64,000 bases of DNA from Nageia nagi. Its lineage: Eukaryota > Plantae > Pinophyta. The stretch spans positions 192,076,001-192,140,000 of the forward strand of contig JBITNC010000001.1 of the NCBI GenBank assembly GCA_050084985.1, given 5' to 3'. Shown piece by piece: positions 40,430 to 54,000 of this stretch. Positions within the stretch are counted from its first letter, which is position 1. Every line of letters begins with the position of its first letter. The position numbers were made by a program, and so were the translations under genes. The notes under the pieces are model-generated. The model made no database searches. It saw only the letters and a list, made by a program, of their open reading frames with translations, and had not been told where the DNA came from.

Positions 40430-41493
40430 TGAATTCCCCATCTTTAGCATCATGGCCAATCGTTATGATGCAATCTAGTTCTTGATGCTCTAGCTTCTTT
40501 GATGCCCTTATCTATTGTTTTGGCTTCCTTATCTCTTCCAATACATGTTGCATACTAACCATTTTGGTAAATGAATGAAAATGATCACCTTAAATACTAA
40601 GATGCCTATGCCCATACTAAGAGCATAGGCCACCAAATGCGTGAAAAAAAAAATAGATCGATTCACTGTTTCTCCTCCGTGCAGGCCACAAAATGTGTAA
40701 ACGAGATCAAGCCATGAAATGTCTCCTCCGTGCGGGTTAGCAAACATGTGAGTGGAAAAAATTTTAGGTCGTTAAATATATGGCTTTCCTTTATGCTCAA
40801 CATAGCACTCCTTCGTATATAGTAGATCTAATATATGCACAGATCTCTCTATGCGGGACTTCTCCTCTCGGTGCTAGCTCTCCACATAGATATAACCATG
40901 GGCTTTCTATGCCTTTGCACACAACAATTCAATGTGCAGTCTTTCAATGCAACACTCCTCATGTGGGCCTATTCAATCTCTACTATGGCATTATACATCA
41001 ATGAACAAATCCTTACTACACATAAATCCTTCTTTGCTCCCATTGGAACAAGAGTTTTTCCATAGGCTTTGGATCTCACACTTGTAAGAATTTGATAAAT
41101 TCTTTGCAATGCATCCATAAGCTCAATAACTTTGATGATATTCCTTGAGGAGCTTGATAAGATCCTTCAATACTTCACCCACTCTAACCCAATAACCAAC
41201 TTAGCTCTGATACCAATTGAGAGAACCAAAATGTTCTTGATTATTCATCAAAATGAGTTAAATATTTATAGGCTTAAGAAAGCCATTACAAGACAAAATA
41301 ATAAGTTGAGAATAATATTCTCATGACCAAAATAAACAAATCACACTATACGTATCACCCTTAGATCACTACATGACAAATTACTTGTTATAACAAAAAA
41401 CTAAAATGCTTATACCTAGATACTTAGGAAAATACTTAGTCCTAATTAATTAATCCTTAGGACTTAGGAATAATGTTAGAAATACTTCCAACA
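40430..41493 (-). mobile_element. 5' fragment of an LTR retrotransposon, probably copia (LTR, PBS, leader), truncated
   Basis: TG...CA-bounded 276-bp LTR at 41218-41493 and a perfect PBS TGGTATCAGAGC on the minus strand at 41204-41215. The leader has short tandem repeats. The left boundary is uncertain. Confidence 0.7.
41204..41215 (-). promoter_or_regulatory. PBS (tRNA-iMet)
   Basis: gctctgatacca is the exact reverse complement of TGGTATCAGAGC. Confidence 0.9.
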
Positions 41494-41599
41494 CATACCT
41501 CTCGATTTGAAATCTTCACCTCTTGCACAAACTGGATTATGGAACTCATTAATGCCTTCCCTTGTTATCGATAGATATCATGCTTAAACAAAAAGTACT

Positions 41600-41995
41600 T
41601 TTTCTTTATATACACATGATGTTTAATAACATATGCATAAATTTTGATGATATATGCAAAGCCTTTAATCTTATACACATAACCCCTAATAATATATATA
41701 TAACCTTTATATTTCATGTATGTATAGGGATTCTTCTTAATAGATCCATGATCATGATATACACATAATATTTATTTATATACACATAATGTTTATTTAT
41801 ATATGTGCAACATTTATTGATATACATAAGAATTTTATTTTATATATGTATGACATTTCTACATAACATACGCACATGATTTCTACTACATAGATTGTAG
41901 CTCAATGATATATGCACAATGTTTAAGAATATACACATTTTGCTTAATACTATATGCATGGCATTTGATAATATACATACATCATTTATACTATT
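41600..41995. repeat. Degenerate TA/CA-rich minisatellite (~20-25 bp, tatatacacataatgttt-like)
   Basis: Recurrent (a)tata[c/t][a/g]ca[c/t]a motifs every ~20-25 bp. Confidence 0.55.
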
Positions 41996-42721
41996 ATAAG
42001 AAAATAAAATATGGAATCTTCCTACAATCCATTTGGACTTCCTTGGAGCATTTTTGGATGTGCTTACATCACATTCTTATCTTCAATGTAACCTAGTATC
42101 ATCTTCTTTGACCATCACAAGTTGAAAATTGATAATATCAAATAAATTATTGTGAAAAGTGAAAAAAAAAAACTTGTAATGAACCCATCCATTCTACAAA
42201 GAATCCAATTTCAACTATTCTAATTGTAACTACTAATACCACATTAGAGTTGACATGCCATGAATAACTTTATTATATACAAGAAAATATTTTGTTTAAT
42301 ATCCTTTGGTACTTTTATATTCTATATTTCAACCATAACAAAGGAAGTTGCAATAAATGACATCAATTTTTTCTTATTCACTCTATACTTTCCTAGATTT
42401 AAAGAAGAAAAAATATAGTTTCTATGCAATCTTGGTGCCATGCACTATGGTGTTTGCAATTTAACTTATTTATTTAAAAATTTTGCTTATTATAATTTTC
42501 ATCGATGTTAAATTTAAACTCATTTTTAAAATATGAAAACCAAGAAAAATAAGGCATTGTAAATATCATTAGAGAACAATAAAATATTTATTTATAATGT
42601 CATCAATTATGAATATACGGAATTGTGTCCAAAACTTTATCTATAATAAATAAGATGTTGTTTCACAACACCAAATAAGAATGAAAGCATTGTATAAAGA
42701 GAGAATGGAGTGATTTGCAAG

Positions 42722-43033
42722 CTAGCCATCAAAATTGTAGAGAGTCCTACCCTGATGCTTGAAGGCATACACAACATTTCTAGTAGTCACATTCTTATGA
42801 TGAGTATGCTCAATGTATGTGATGGTATCCCTTATCATATTTTCTAGAAAGATCTTCAATACTCCCATCATTTCTTCATAAATCAACCCACTAATGCACT
42901 TCATACCTTCCCTCCTAACAAGGCATCAAATGGAGGGCTTCAGAATGACATAAATGTTATCTCTCAATAGCTTCATATGATGCTTCACTCCTCCCTTCCA
43001 CAAACCCTTTCTAATCTTTCCCTTCTCATACAT
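42722..43033 (-). pseudogene. H4: Histone H4 pseudogene, full length
   Basis: Exactly 103 codons plus TAG with no indel: [102 protein letters not shown]. By hand count 66/103 residues match canonical plant H4. Premature TGA at codon 36 (42926-42928). Confidence 0.97.
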
Positions 43034-43224
43034 CTTCCCTTCCCTCTCACTTTTCCTCTTACTTACCAAATCTCTCCTTTTTTCCTCACATCATAAGAAT
43101 GATATATGCTTCCTTCTCTTTTCCTATTACTCCTTTCAATTTTAGTATACTCTCATTTTATATCTCTAGTATGCCCCTTCAAAACCTCACTCCTTGTCCA
43201 CCATCGGATACCCAACAAGGGTGT

Positions 43225-43263
43225 GATCCATATGAGGTGCATACATGAAGTTTCATTCATTGG
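43225..43263 (-). promoter_or_regulatory. Decayed plant histone promoter elements (octamer-containing type II element and CCAAT box)
   Basis: gatccatatga (43225-43235) equals GATCCGCGTGA, the reverse complement of TCACGCGGATC, with only the three CpG-associated positions changed by transitions. attgg at 43259-43263 is CCAAT on the gene strand. Both are ~190-230 bp upstream of the ATG. Confidence 0.5.
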
Positions 43264-43280
43264 ATTTTACCATTCATTAT

Positions 43281-44013
43281 TGTTATAATTGAAAAAAAAT
43301 AAAAATTTATTATTAATTAGGATTATTTATTGAATATTCAATTAACCAATTTAAATAATGAAATAATAAAAAATGATAACATAAATGATGATAATGATAT
43401 ATTTGACCTTGACCTATCAAAACTAAATTTACGAAAGATACAAACTTGTACTTTACTTATGATAATGAATAGAGGTGATGTTTAGATGAAAGAGGATAAA
43501 AAACAAGCCTCTCTAAATAACGAAGCCACATATCCAACCTCAACCCAACAATGGTTCTAGGAACCTTGCAACGTCACTCGACTACCCTTCCAATTTAGCC
43601 TTTCCCTTTTCTCAATGTCATCTTGCCTTCAATACTCAAAACACCACTCATAGAAGAGTAAAAGATATTAGGAATGTGAATCTCAAAGTATAATAATTTC
43701 CAAAAATGATAGGTGGCATTAAGAAACATCGACCAATAATGACACAAGTAATTACCACCTATCAAGGGTTCAAGATTGTGTTAGATCATGTCATATGTAG
43801 AATCATGCATACCCTTACACCTTTATAGATAAAATATAAATTACCAAGGCTCATCTTTAGGCTTATTATGATGTCATCCAACCTGTTACTATAAAACATA
43901 AAGGTATATGATAGTGCACATTAATAAATGTATTTATTTAATAAATTAAATAAATCATAAATAACTTAAAAGGGTATTTTAATTAAATTAAAATTCCCTT
44001 TTAGGTGTTAACA
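43281..44013 (-). repeat. 3' LTR (~730 bp)
   Basis: tgttataa...tgttaaca termini; collinear with 57189-57943. Confidence 0.9.
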
Positions 44014-44789
44014 GATGCCCTATTTTGAATATGTTTTGATGCTTTTGAAATAAAGAAAATCCAAGCATAATTCAAAGTATAATCAAGAAAAAATGTTAAT
44101 AGTAAAAAAATACTCCCTAAAAAGTTATCTCATGGTGGCAGCTTTAGATGCTCCAATTTTTCTCCTATGTTATGCCCCCTCTATGACTTAGTTACAACAT
44201 GATGGACCTCTCATCATAGGAGAAATTCAAATTAAAGAACAAGGAACCTAAAAAAAAATTAGATAAGAAACATTTTTGAACAATATATCTCAAATATAAA
44301 CATTAACATTATGATATGAATAATGTGATAAGTGATAATAAGGATGCAAACTTGTCCTTGGTGAGTTACCCACCAAGAATGATGAAGAAAGATTATCAAT
44401 TTATGTTGATCAACTTGCTTTCCCAAGTGACCATGTTGTTATGGATTTTTGAAAAGAATTACCCTTACTTACAAAGGCATCAAAGTGATTAACTTGGTTG
44501 CCCCAAAACATCATGTTTTTATGTATTTTTGATATGGATGATCATTTCTTACAAAGGCATCAAATGATACAATTGATAAAATAAATGTATGATAAATAAC
44601 TTTTTGATAAAAAAGGAAGGTAGATAGATATACAACTTACCTTTTTTCATTTTCTTACCTTGACTTGGATTGTATTGAATGCAACAATGACACTAGAAGC
44701 ATAGTTGCATCACTAGGTTGTATCCTTGACTGACCTGCAACGTTAGTATCTAGAGATGTAGAAAGATATATTTACTTGAAAAAGGTTAG

Positions 44790-47700
44790 ACGTAAAAAAA
44801 ATTTCATATGAATGAGATTAATTGGATTGCATTCCTCTTTAACTTCAATTATAGATAATTTATATGCACCTTTTCCATAATTTGCAATAATAATGTAAGG
44901 ACATATCTAGTTAGGTCCGAAATTACCCTTCTTTTTAGTTTAAGTACTTTAAATTTAGCAAGATTTTATTTTAAGATAAGTTCACCTACCTTGAACTCTT
45001 TAGGAATGATTTTTTTGCTATAATCTCATTGAATTCAAGAATGATAAGCATAAAGGTGTTCTATAGAGTTAACCATTTTTTTCATTTAGGACCTCTAATT
45101 GGGCTAATCTAGATTTCAATCTATCTTTATTAGGAATGAGACCATCTAGGGATACACAAATTGATGGTATTTCTAGCTTTAATGGGATCATAGCTTCATC
45201 TCCACACATTAGGTAAAAGCAAGTGGCATCTACAAAAGTCCTATTACTATTCCTAAAGGACCACAAAGCATAGCGAAGTTGTTCATGTCAATCTTTACTA
45301 TGTTGTTCACTAGTTTTGGATAGGATACTTTTTATGACTTTTTTTGATGATTTGGCTTGAGCATTACCTTTGGGATAATAAGGTGTGTAGAATTTCCTTT
45401 CAATATGATATTTTGAAAAGAAATATCTAATTTCATTATCTTTGAAACTAAGACCATTAGCCATGAACAATTTAGAAGGCACACCATATCTAAAAATTAT
45501 ATATTCAATAAGAAAATCAATAATATCATCTTCTTTTGCTAACTTCATAGGTTTAGCCTTCAACCATTTCATGAAGTACTCTTCAGTTGTAATAATAAAC
45601 TTATGTCCATATCTTTAAATAGGGTTAATTTTTCCAATAAAATCAAGTGAACAAATAGAAAATGGACAAGGAGACACAATAGAGTCCAAATCATGAGAAG
45701 GATAAGGTTGAAGTCTAGCATTCTTTTGACATTTTTCATATTTTCTAACATGCAATTCACAATCTTCAAGCATAGTATGCCAATAATAACCTAGTCTAAG
45801 AAATTTTTGATAAACAAATTTACCATTAAAGTGACGACCACATTTTCCTTCATGAGCTTGATGAAGTGCCATTTCTATTCTATTACTTATTAAACATCTA
45901 AGGAGAGTACCATCAAAAGATATTCTATATAGCAGATCATTAATAATGACATGTTTTGCAGCTAAATTTTTAATTCTAATAATAGCATTGTAATCAAAAG
46001 CAATAGGGATAATACCATTTTTAATATAATTGAAAATATGTTGATACCATTCACATTCATTGATACAAGTTGCTAAAAAATAATGATCTTGAATAAAATT
46101 TTGAACAACACACTCATGATAAGGCATACCAATATTGGAGTATAACTTATTTCATAATCAAGCAAAGTCTTATTGATGTAATAAATTGTTCTTTCCTTAT
46201 TGTTGTCATCTTTTTGAGCTAACATTTCCCCTAGGGTACTTACAGTTGCTAAAATATAAAGTAATAAGATCTTTTTTGAATCATAATGGGATAAGACTAG
46301 AGTACTAGTAAGATAGCTTTTGATTTTATCCAAAGCTTTTTTACACTTTTCATCCAACATGAATTTCTCACCTTTATTCAATAAATGAGAAAAAGGAGTG
46401 GTCATGTCTACTAACTAAGTAATGAATCTTCTGATTACTTCCACTTTGCCTAAAAGAGTTCTCAATTCTTTCAAATTTCTTGAAGGTGGTAAATAAATAA
46501 TAGTTTTAACCTTATTAGGATCTACCTCAATGCCTCTCCATGACATAATGAAACCAATAAATTTACCTAATGAGATCTCAAATGCACACTTTTGAGGTTT
46601 TAATTTCAATTTGTATTCTCTCATTATTTGAAAACTTTCCTCAAATCTGAAGTGTGTTCATGTTTGGCTACAAATTTTGCTATAATGTAATCAACATACA
46701 CCTCAAGATTCTCATGTATCATATAATGGAACATGCTCACCATAGCTCTCTAATAAGTTGCAAGTGCTTTCTTTAGGCTAAAAGGCATGATTAATCAATA
46801 AAATATGCCCTAAGGAGTAACAAATGTTATCTTATGTTGATCCTCCTTATTGATCCATATTTGATTGTAGTGAAACAAACTATCCATGAAGGAAAACATA
46901 TCATGGCTTATTATTGAATCTAAAATCATATCAATGTTAGGTAAATGAAAGGTATCTTTGATACATGTCTTGTTTATATCCCTAAAATCTATACAACATC
47001 TTATCTCATCATTAGGCTTAGTTGCAAGAACAATGTTATAAATCCATGGAGAATAATCAATAGGAACAATAAAGCTAATAGAAACATATTTTTCAATTTC
47101 TTTAATAGTAAGAGATACCCTAGGATGTATTTTTCAAAGCTTGTACTAAATTGGTTTAACATTTCATTGACAACTAGGCTATGAATGAAAAAATCAAGAT
47201 CTAGACCATGCATATTAGAATAACACCAAGCAAGGACATCAAAAAACTCTTTTAATAGTAGGTGGTACCTTTCCCATTCTTAAAATGTTAACCAAGCTCT
47301 TATTTTGATCAACTTTGGGTCCTTTTGGGTACCAATGTTTACTTCTATTATTTCTTCACTAAGACAGTACATTTCATCACTAAGTGAGGGTGGCATAGGT
47401 AATGCCCCCAATCTTACACCCAAACTTAGTTGTAAGACACATAGAAAATAGAGAGGAAGTGTTGGGATCCTAGTGGTATCATTCCATTTATGTTAGGGAA
47501 GGCAGATAGAAAAAGGGAAAACCTAGACCATAACATTGACTCAACAAAAAATAAATAAAAGTAAGGAGATAAGTTAAGAATTTAACCTGCAATGTTTGCA
47601 TTATCTGTGTAGACCTTCTCATTGAAATAAGCTTGATATCACAAGAACCATACTATGAGCCTCTTTTCACTAGATTTGGGGAACTCACTTTGTGCCTCCA

Positions 47701-47990
47701 AATTTTCTAAGATATAATCATCATTTTGAAATATGTCCACTTGAATCAAAGTCATAGGAGGTAAGAATGGATCTGCATAGTAAACTTGTAATTCCTCCAT
47801 AGGAATGTGCATCATGGTACAATGAAGCCACTTGTCAAAAATATCTTTACTATAGCTTTGGTTATTACTTTCAACTTTTTGACTAATGGAAGTTGATGGT
47901 GGTGTGCTAGATGTAGAAGCATCAAATCCAATTTCATTTATTCTCTTGTCCTTATCTTCATTTGGTATAGACTCTATGATACCTTGATCA
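44790..47990 (-). pseudogene. pol pseudogene (RT, partial RNase H, integrase) of the minus-strand Tat element
   Basis: ORF fragments 45069, 45288, 45615, 46073, 46415 and 47001 carry INT, RH and RT motifs. Confidence 0.92.
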
Positions 47991-47999
47991 TTCTTATCT

Positions 48000-49800
48000 A
48001 ATCATTTTCCACCATATTTGATGCTTTTGCATATAATGTTTTGCAAAAGCAAAATCAAAATTATTAAAATGCATACCTACCTTTTTGGGTGGAGTTTGAA
48101 AAATAGACATGGTACTATCACTGATCCAAAATTTGGATCCCTTTGACATTTAGTAATCTCCATTTCAGTGTGTTCATTATGATCATCTTATCTTCAACTT
48201 TCTGATGCTTCTTTTGGATCAAGAATCTTAATTCATATATGGAAGTTATGAAATTAATTCCATTTTGTGTATTTTTGAAAAAAAAAAAAATTCAAATGTG
48301 GGTAGCCATTTTGGCGGGACCCACCTGCCACCATGGGGACTCGCTTACCACCAAAGTGATAGCATGGAGGTGATAGGGCAGGTTGACCATCTGACTACCT
48401 ATCAACCATATCTACCTATGCGATCATGATCATGTGTCCAACCCATCCAACCATGCATGACCCAGCCAGACCACCTTGACCTACATGGTAAGCTACCTAG
48501 TCAGCTAGCTACCCAGTTAGCTAGCCACCTAGTCAACTAGCTACCAATCAACAAAGTTTGACTTCTGCTACTAAGAACCATGTGTCAGCACCATAATGAA
48601 CCTACCCAATTTTAAGTTTTTTTAATGTATTTTAGCATTTCTAATAGTGATTTTTGATTCACCTAAGGTCCTATTATTGGGTTGAGTTAATCCTGTAAGC
48701 TTGTAACAGTCCAAAGAGCATGCTATTTCAATTTTAGAGCTCATTTTTGGGAGATTTTTACAACCATTTGAGCCCAAATTTGATAGGAAGATCAAGAAGG
48801 TTAATGGGTATCTAGAAATAGTTTTTTTATCTAATTTCTTTATTGTAATACTCTCCAATTTTAGCCCCCAAAATTGTATAAAAAGGGAGCAAATTGTATA
48901 GGAAAAAAAAAGGAGGATTTCAGGAAGTTATTTTCAGTTCTTATTGTGATTTTTAGAGTTATGAGTGTGTTGTGAATGTGAGAGGAGGTTTTGAAGGAAC
49001 AAGGAGGCCTTGTAAAGTGATTCCATCCATCGATAGTAGAGAGCTTTTGAGCTGGATGTAGCCCACAGTAGGTGAACTAGAATAAATTTTGCTTGTCTAT
49101 TCTATGGTGAATGTTTTTCTCTTCTCTATGTTTACAAATTTATTCTTGATTCTCCTTTACAAGCACTTAATTGTTTTAAGTGTGAATTGATCCATTTAAA
49201 AAGGTTAATTTGAAATTTTAATCTTACTGTTTATGGATCAATCACTTATCGATGCACTTTTTTATCATTTTTATGATATAAGGCTTGTATATCTTCAATA
49301 GGATCATCATGCTCCTTAGGAATAGAGCAACAATGCTTAGTTTCATCCTCATATAATTGAAAGCACTAGGTTGTAGGGAAGTAAAGTGGTCTTCCAAGTT
49401 CCCTGAAATTCTCCCAAATGTCAATCTTTGAGATTTTGTATGTCCCTAAGCTTACCTCTTATGGACTGATATTTGTTGTAGGTGTTGGACTGGTCCCTTC
49501 ATCTTCAACCAATTCATTACATATCCCAAACCTTTTATCTTCTTGACATAAATATGTAGGATTGTCTTATGCATGAATAGTAAGTTGCTTTCCTTTATGC
49601 ATGAACTTAATTAAATAGTGTAAGGTAGAAGTGATAGCCCTAACCTTATGAATTCATGGCCTTCCAAGAAAAATGTTATATGGTAAATTTATTTGAAAAA
49701 CATAAACTTTTTGATGAATAGATTTACCACCTACTTTAATAGGCATAGTGACATAACCAATTCATTACCTTTTAGTGTTATCAAACCCTTTAATGCTAAT
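48000..49800 (+). mobile_element. LTR-like block (probable solo or partial LTR of another family); boundaries uncertain
   Basis: GC-richer U3-like segment at 48300-48600 with short repeats (agctacctagtc), a TATA-like tataaaaaggg at ~48878 and a U5-like motif ggatgtagcc...ggtgaactagaataaatt at ~49055. No termini or TSD resolved. Confidence 0.45.
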
Positions 49801-50782
49801 TGTTTTTCTTTCCATTTTTGCATAATTTGAAGGAAAATAATTTTGCAATAAATGAACTAAATAAATATTTACATTTGACCTAGTATTAATCAATACTTTT
49901 TCATAAGGATGCCATAAATATTAACATGGATGTACAATCCTAAATTCTTTTCAATGACATATTCACTAGGTAATTCACTCTCTTGAAAAGACAACATGTT
50001 ACATATTAAATCAATATCAATATTAGCTACCAACTCAACAAATTTAGCCATAGTATTATCTGCATCAATTTCAATTTTCTTGAATGCATCAAATAAGGTA
50101 TTTCAATGATCAATTAACAATTGTAAGAGTTTGAAAATACTTATTTTAGATGCTTGAAAATGAATTATTATTTATTTAATCATTCATTTTATAGCATCAT
50201 GATTATTTATTATAAAAAGTGGTTAAAATATACCAAAGGAAATGTAATTAATGTAATGGGTCATTATACAATGTAAAAGGCATCATGCATCAAGAAAGAT
50301 ACCTCAAAATATGTAATGTGTAATGATTCCAAAAATCAAAGAATACCAAGATGTAGCTATAAAGATAAATCAAGGGCAACACAAAGGGATCATGCGAGAA
50401 CCTCATAAATACCAAGAGAGATACCAAAAATATGCAAGATCGCTCTATCCTACCAACAATGATATTTTGTAACACCATCTCTACATAGATTTGTTATATA
50501 CCTTCATCTCACTTTTTCATACTTTTTATTTTGTTTATCAATTAGTTAATTCATGTAGCCAACAGTATGGTATCTTGGGTCATTGGTGATGTGCATCTCT
50601 TTGAATGTATTGTGGTTGTTAATGAATAGTTTATGTTATTTCATGTTCATGTGATTATGATGAAGGTACATTGATTATCACTATTTATCGAATGCCATAT
50701 TTCTGATATATGCTTCAATTACATATTGTATACAAATAATGCATCAATTTTATTATTCATGCATTATTTGAGGTTTACATTT

Positions 50783-50794
50783 TGGTGAACCCGA
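50783..50794 (+). promoter_or_regulatory. PBS complementary to the tRNA-Trp 3' end
   Basis: tggtgaacccga matches the reverse complement of the plant tRNA-Trp(CCA) 3' end ...UCGGGUUCACCA (tRNA sequence from memory). Confidence 0.7.
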
Positions 50795-51089
50795 ATGTTC
50801 AATTTATCTTACCCTCTTGGTGATATCTCGCAAGAATTTTGTAATGGATTAGTGTCATTCATGATGTTTACAATCATTTTTAGGCCATCCATGGCATGAA
50901 AATGGAATACATATTTTGAGATATTCTTAAAGAAGTGCACAAACTATGTAAATAACTAAATGTACTAAGAAGTTTTGATAGTTCATCGATAATGCTAGAT
51001 CCTATCATAATTGCGCAATTTACCAATATTGATAATAGTAGGAGACCAAAATAGATTGAAGAGGACTATGATGGTGTATTCACCTCAAC

Positions 51090-54000
51090 CTTCTAAGCAC
51101 AAGGACCACAACTTTGATATGTTTAGTGGCAAACAAGTCCCAAAGTAGCATCTTATCAACTTTCAGGAGGAGTGCCTGTTGAAATTAGGTTCAAAGGAGA
51201 AATTGATGGCCAAATATTTCCCAAAAATTTTGAAAGGTGATGCTAATCAATGGTTCTATAATTTTCCTAGAGGTTCAATTGATTCTTTAAAGTCACTGGT
51301 TAAAGTATTCATGGGAGAATATAACCACAACATCAAAGAGCAAGGTACTATTATAGAGTTATGCATCATGAGACAAGGAGGTAATGAAACCCTAGACAAA
51401 TATATCCCATGATTTAAAAAGGTATGGAAATCCATTTGAAGTAAATTAGATGAAAATAAAATTTATACTAATTTGCATGATCTTAGTAATAATAATATTA
51501 GATTTAGAGTATTGATACAAGAGTTATTGTAAAAAGAAAATGTTTTGCTTGAATTATGAGAGCTTAAGTATGCACCTAATCCTTTCAACAAAAACAATAG
51601 GACATATACCAAAAAAGAATAAAAGACAATACAAATAGATAATAGACCTTCTTCTCCACCTAAATTGCAAATATCTACCACTACAAAAGATATAAGGTAT
51701 ACTTTTCCAAATCAACCAAGATTTATTATGAGGGATATGATGAAAAGAGGATTATTACAACCTTTGAAAAAGTTAGCACAAGATGATAATATTCCTATGG
51801 AGAAATTTGATGCTTATTGTATATATCATCAAAGGAAGGGTCACGCTACAAATTTTTGTAAAGCATTGGAGATAGCCATATTAGATATCATTTTTGAGGG
51901 GAAGTATTAAATTGATCAAACATATTCAAATTAAAGGACAACAGTAAATACATTTTCAATGGAGAAAAAGGTTTATGTTGGGTTGCAAAGAGGGCATCCA
52001 AGACATACTCCAAATCTAGTTACCATAGAATAAGTAAGTATCCCATATTATCCATAGACATATAGTATGATTGAGCAATTAAAGACTACTCCCACCAAGA
52101 TTAGTTTATCTACATCTAAAATACATAGAGAGATCCTAGATGCTTTGTTCAAAAAGGAGATAGTCCCTACAAATATGTATGTTGCTATGTTTTCTAAAAA
52201 TTTTAGGCTTATCAAGGAATGTGATGCTATCTCTTTTTATAAGTCTAAAAAGCTTAGTAAATAAATGCTTGATGATTGTTTAGCTTTATATATTTCACCT
52301 ATGATTGATGGATGGAAGATTAAAAGAACATTGGTAGATAATAGATCAATTGTTAATATCTTTTTTGATAAGTTTTTGATCCAACTCCAAGAAAAAAGTG
52401 TAGAAATCCATCCATTAGAAGAAGCTACATTCAATATTAGGGCATATGATAGCTCATGTAAAAAGTTAGTTAGGATAGCCACAATTATGGTAACCATAGG
52501 AGTAACGATAATTACAAGTAAGTTTTAAGTTATTGATTTCAAATTGTCATATAATTTGTTATTAGGAAGGCTTTGGCTTCATGATATGGATGCAATCCCA
52601 TCTATAGTACATGATAGATTAAAATTTGAATATCAAGTTGAAGTTCATATAGTGATTTATGATCCAAAGCCATATGTTTTTTGTAATGTAGTAGATTTTG
52701 AAGAATTTACAATGATTTGTCCAAGATATGAGATTGAACCCTTGGAACAAGGAGCACCAAGGAAAATACAAAAAAATAGTCTTAGATTTTATAAATAGGA
52801 ATGGGTACATACGTAATTGAGAACATGGATTTGTTTGCATCTATAAAATATTTGGTATGACCTAAAATATTATCTGTGCAAGGTTATCAGTGATGAGCTA
52901 TCCTTCCTGAGGGCCATCAATGATGTGAAACTAGTGGAGATGGAGAGGGATCTTGCTTTGTCACATTCATCTCACCTAGTCCACATAAATCAATGGAAGC
53001 ACAAATTACTATTGAAATGGGTAAACACTTTCCATATATTGAAATGGGTAAACTCTTTCCATCTCCTTTTGTTCATAAATATATGGTTGAAAATTGCAAG
53101 TACAAAGGGGGAGGATTAGGAAATTTTGAGTAAGGGATGCCTTATTTTCCTAATAATTCAAAAGAAATTATGACTAAATATGGATTGGGTAGTGAAAAAA
53201 ATATTAAGCAAGCATTGGGACCTATTAAGTTTGTAAAAGAATGCAATTTGATTGAAGTATTTGATGATATTGATAGGGATCTATGGATTGATGATACTAC
53301 ATCTTTAGAATTTGATTGCTTAAATATTGATGATGATATTTTAGAATACTTGGGGGCACATTCAAAGTTTGCTAATTCTAATGAAAAGAGGCAAGTTAGT
53401 TATATTCTTTATGAGTATGCATATTTTGTTCAAGAAGTGAATTTTAATGGTATGTTTTAGTTTACCTAGAGGATAATGGTATAGATGACACACAAGGATT
53501 AGAGGAATTGCCTTCCATATTGTATAAATAATATGAGCTTATATTTCTAACTAAAAGAATTAGTGAATATCAATAATGGGACTACTAATGAGCAAAAATT
53601 GGTTCAAATTGGAGCAGCCCTCCCTACACCACAATAGGAAAAGTACAAAAATAAATTCATTGAACATCATAAAAAAATTTCTTGGTCTTATAATGATATG
53701 CTTGGTTTAGATCCTTCATTTGTTATGCATAATTTACCACTAAAAAAGGGGGCTAAGCTAATCAAGAAAAAGCCAAGAAAAATGCATCATTGAAAGCTTT
53801 GTTAGTCAAGATAGAAATAAAAAGGTATTTTAATGATGGATTTATTATACCAATTGATTATTCTGAATGGATGGCTAACATGGTTCCTATTACAAAGCCA
53901 ACTGAGGAAATAAGGGTTTGCACTTACTTTTGTGATATTAATAATGCTTTTCCTAAAGATGATTTCTCATTTTCCAATATTGATATGATTATGGATAGCA

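Noticed and set aside
42722-42904. 60-aa ORF as a functional truncated H4 variant
   Set aside because: Its start Met is a mutated Val codon downstream of a premature stop, and substitutions hit invariant residues throughout.
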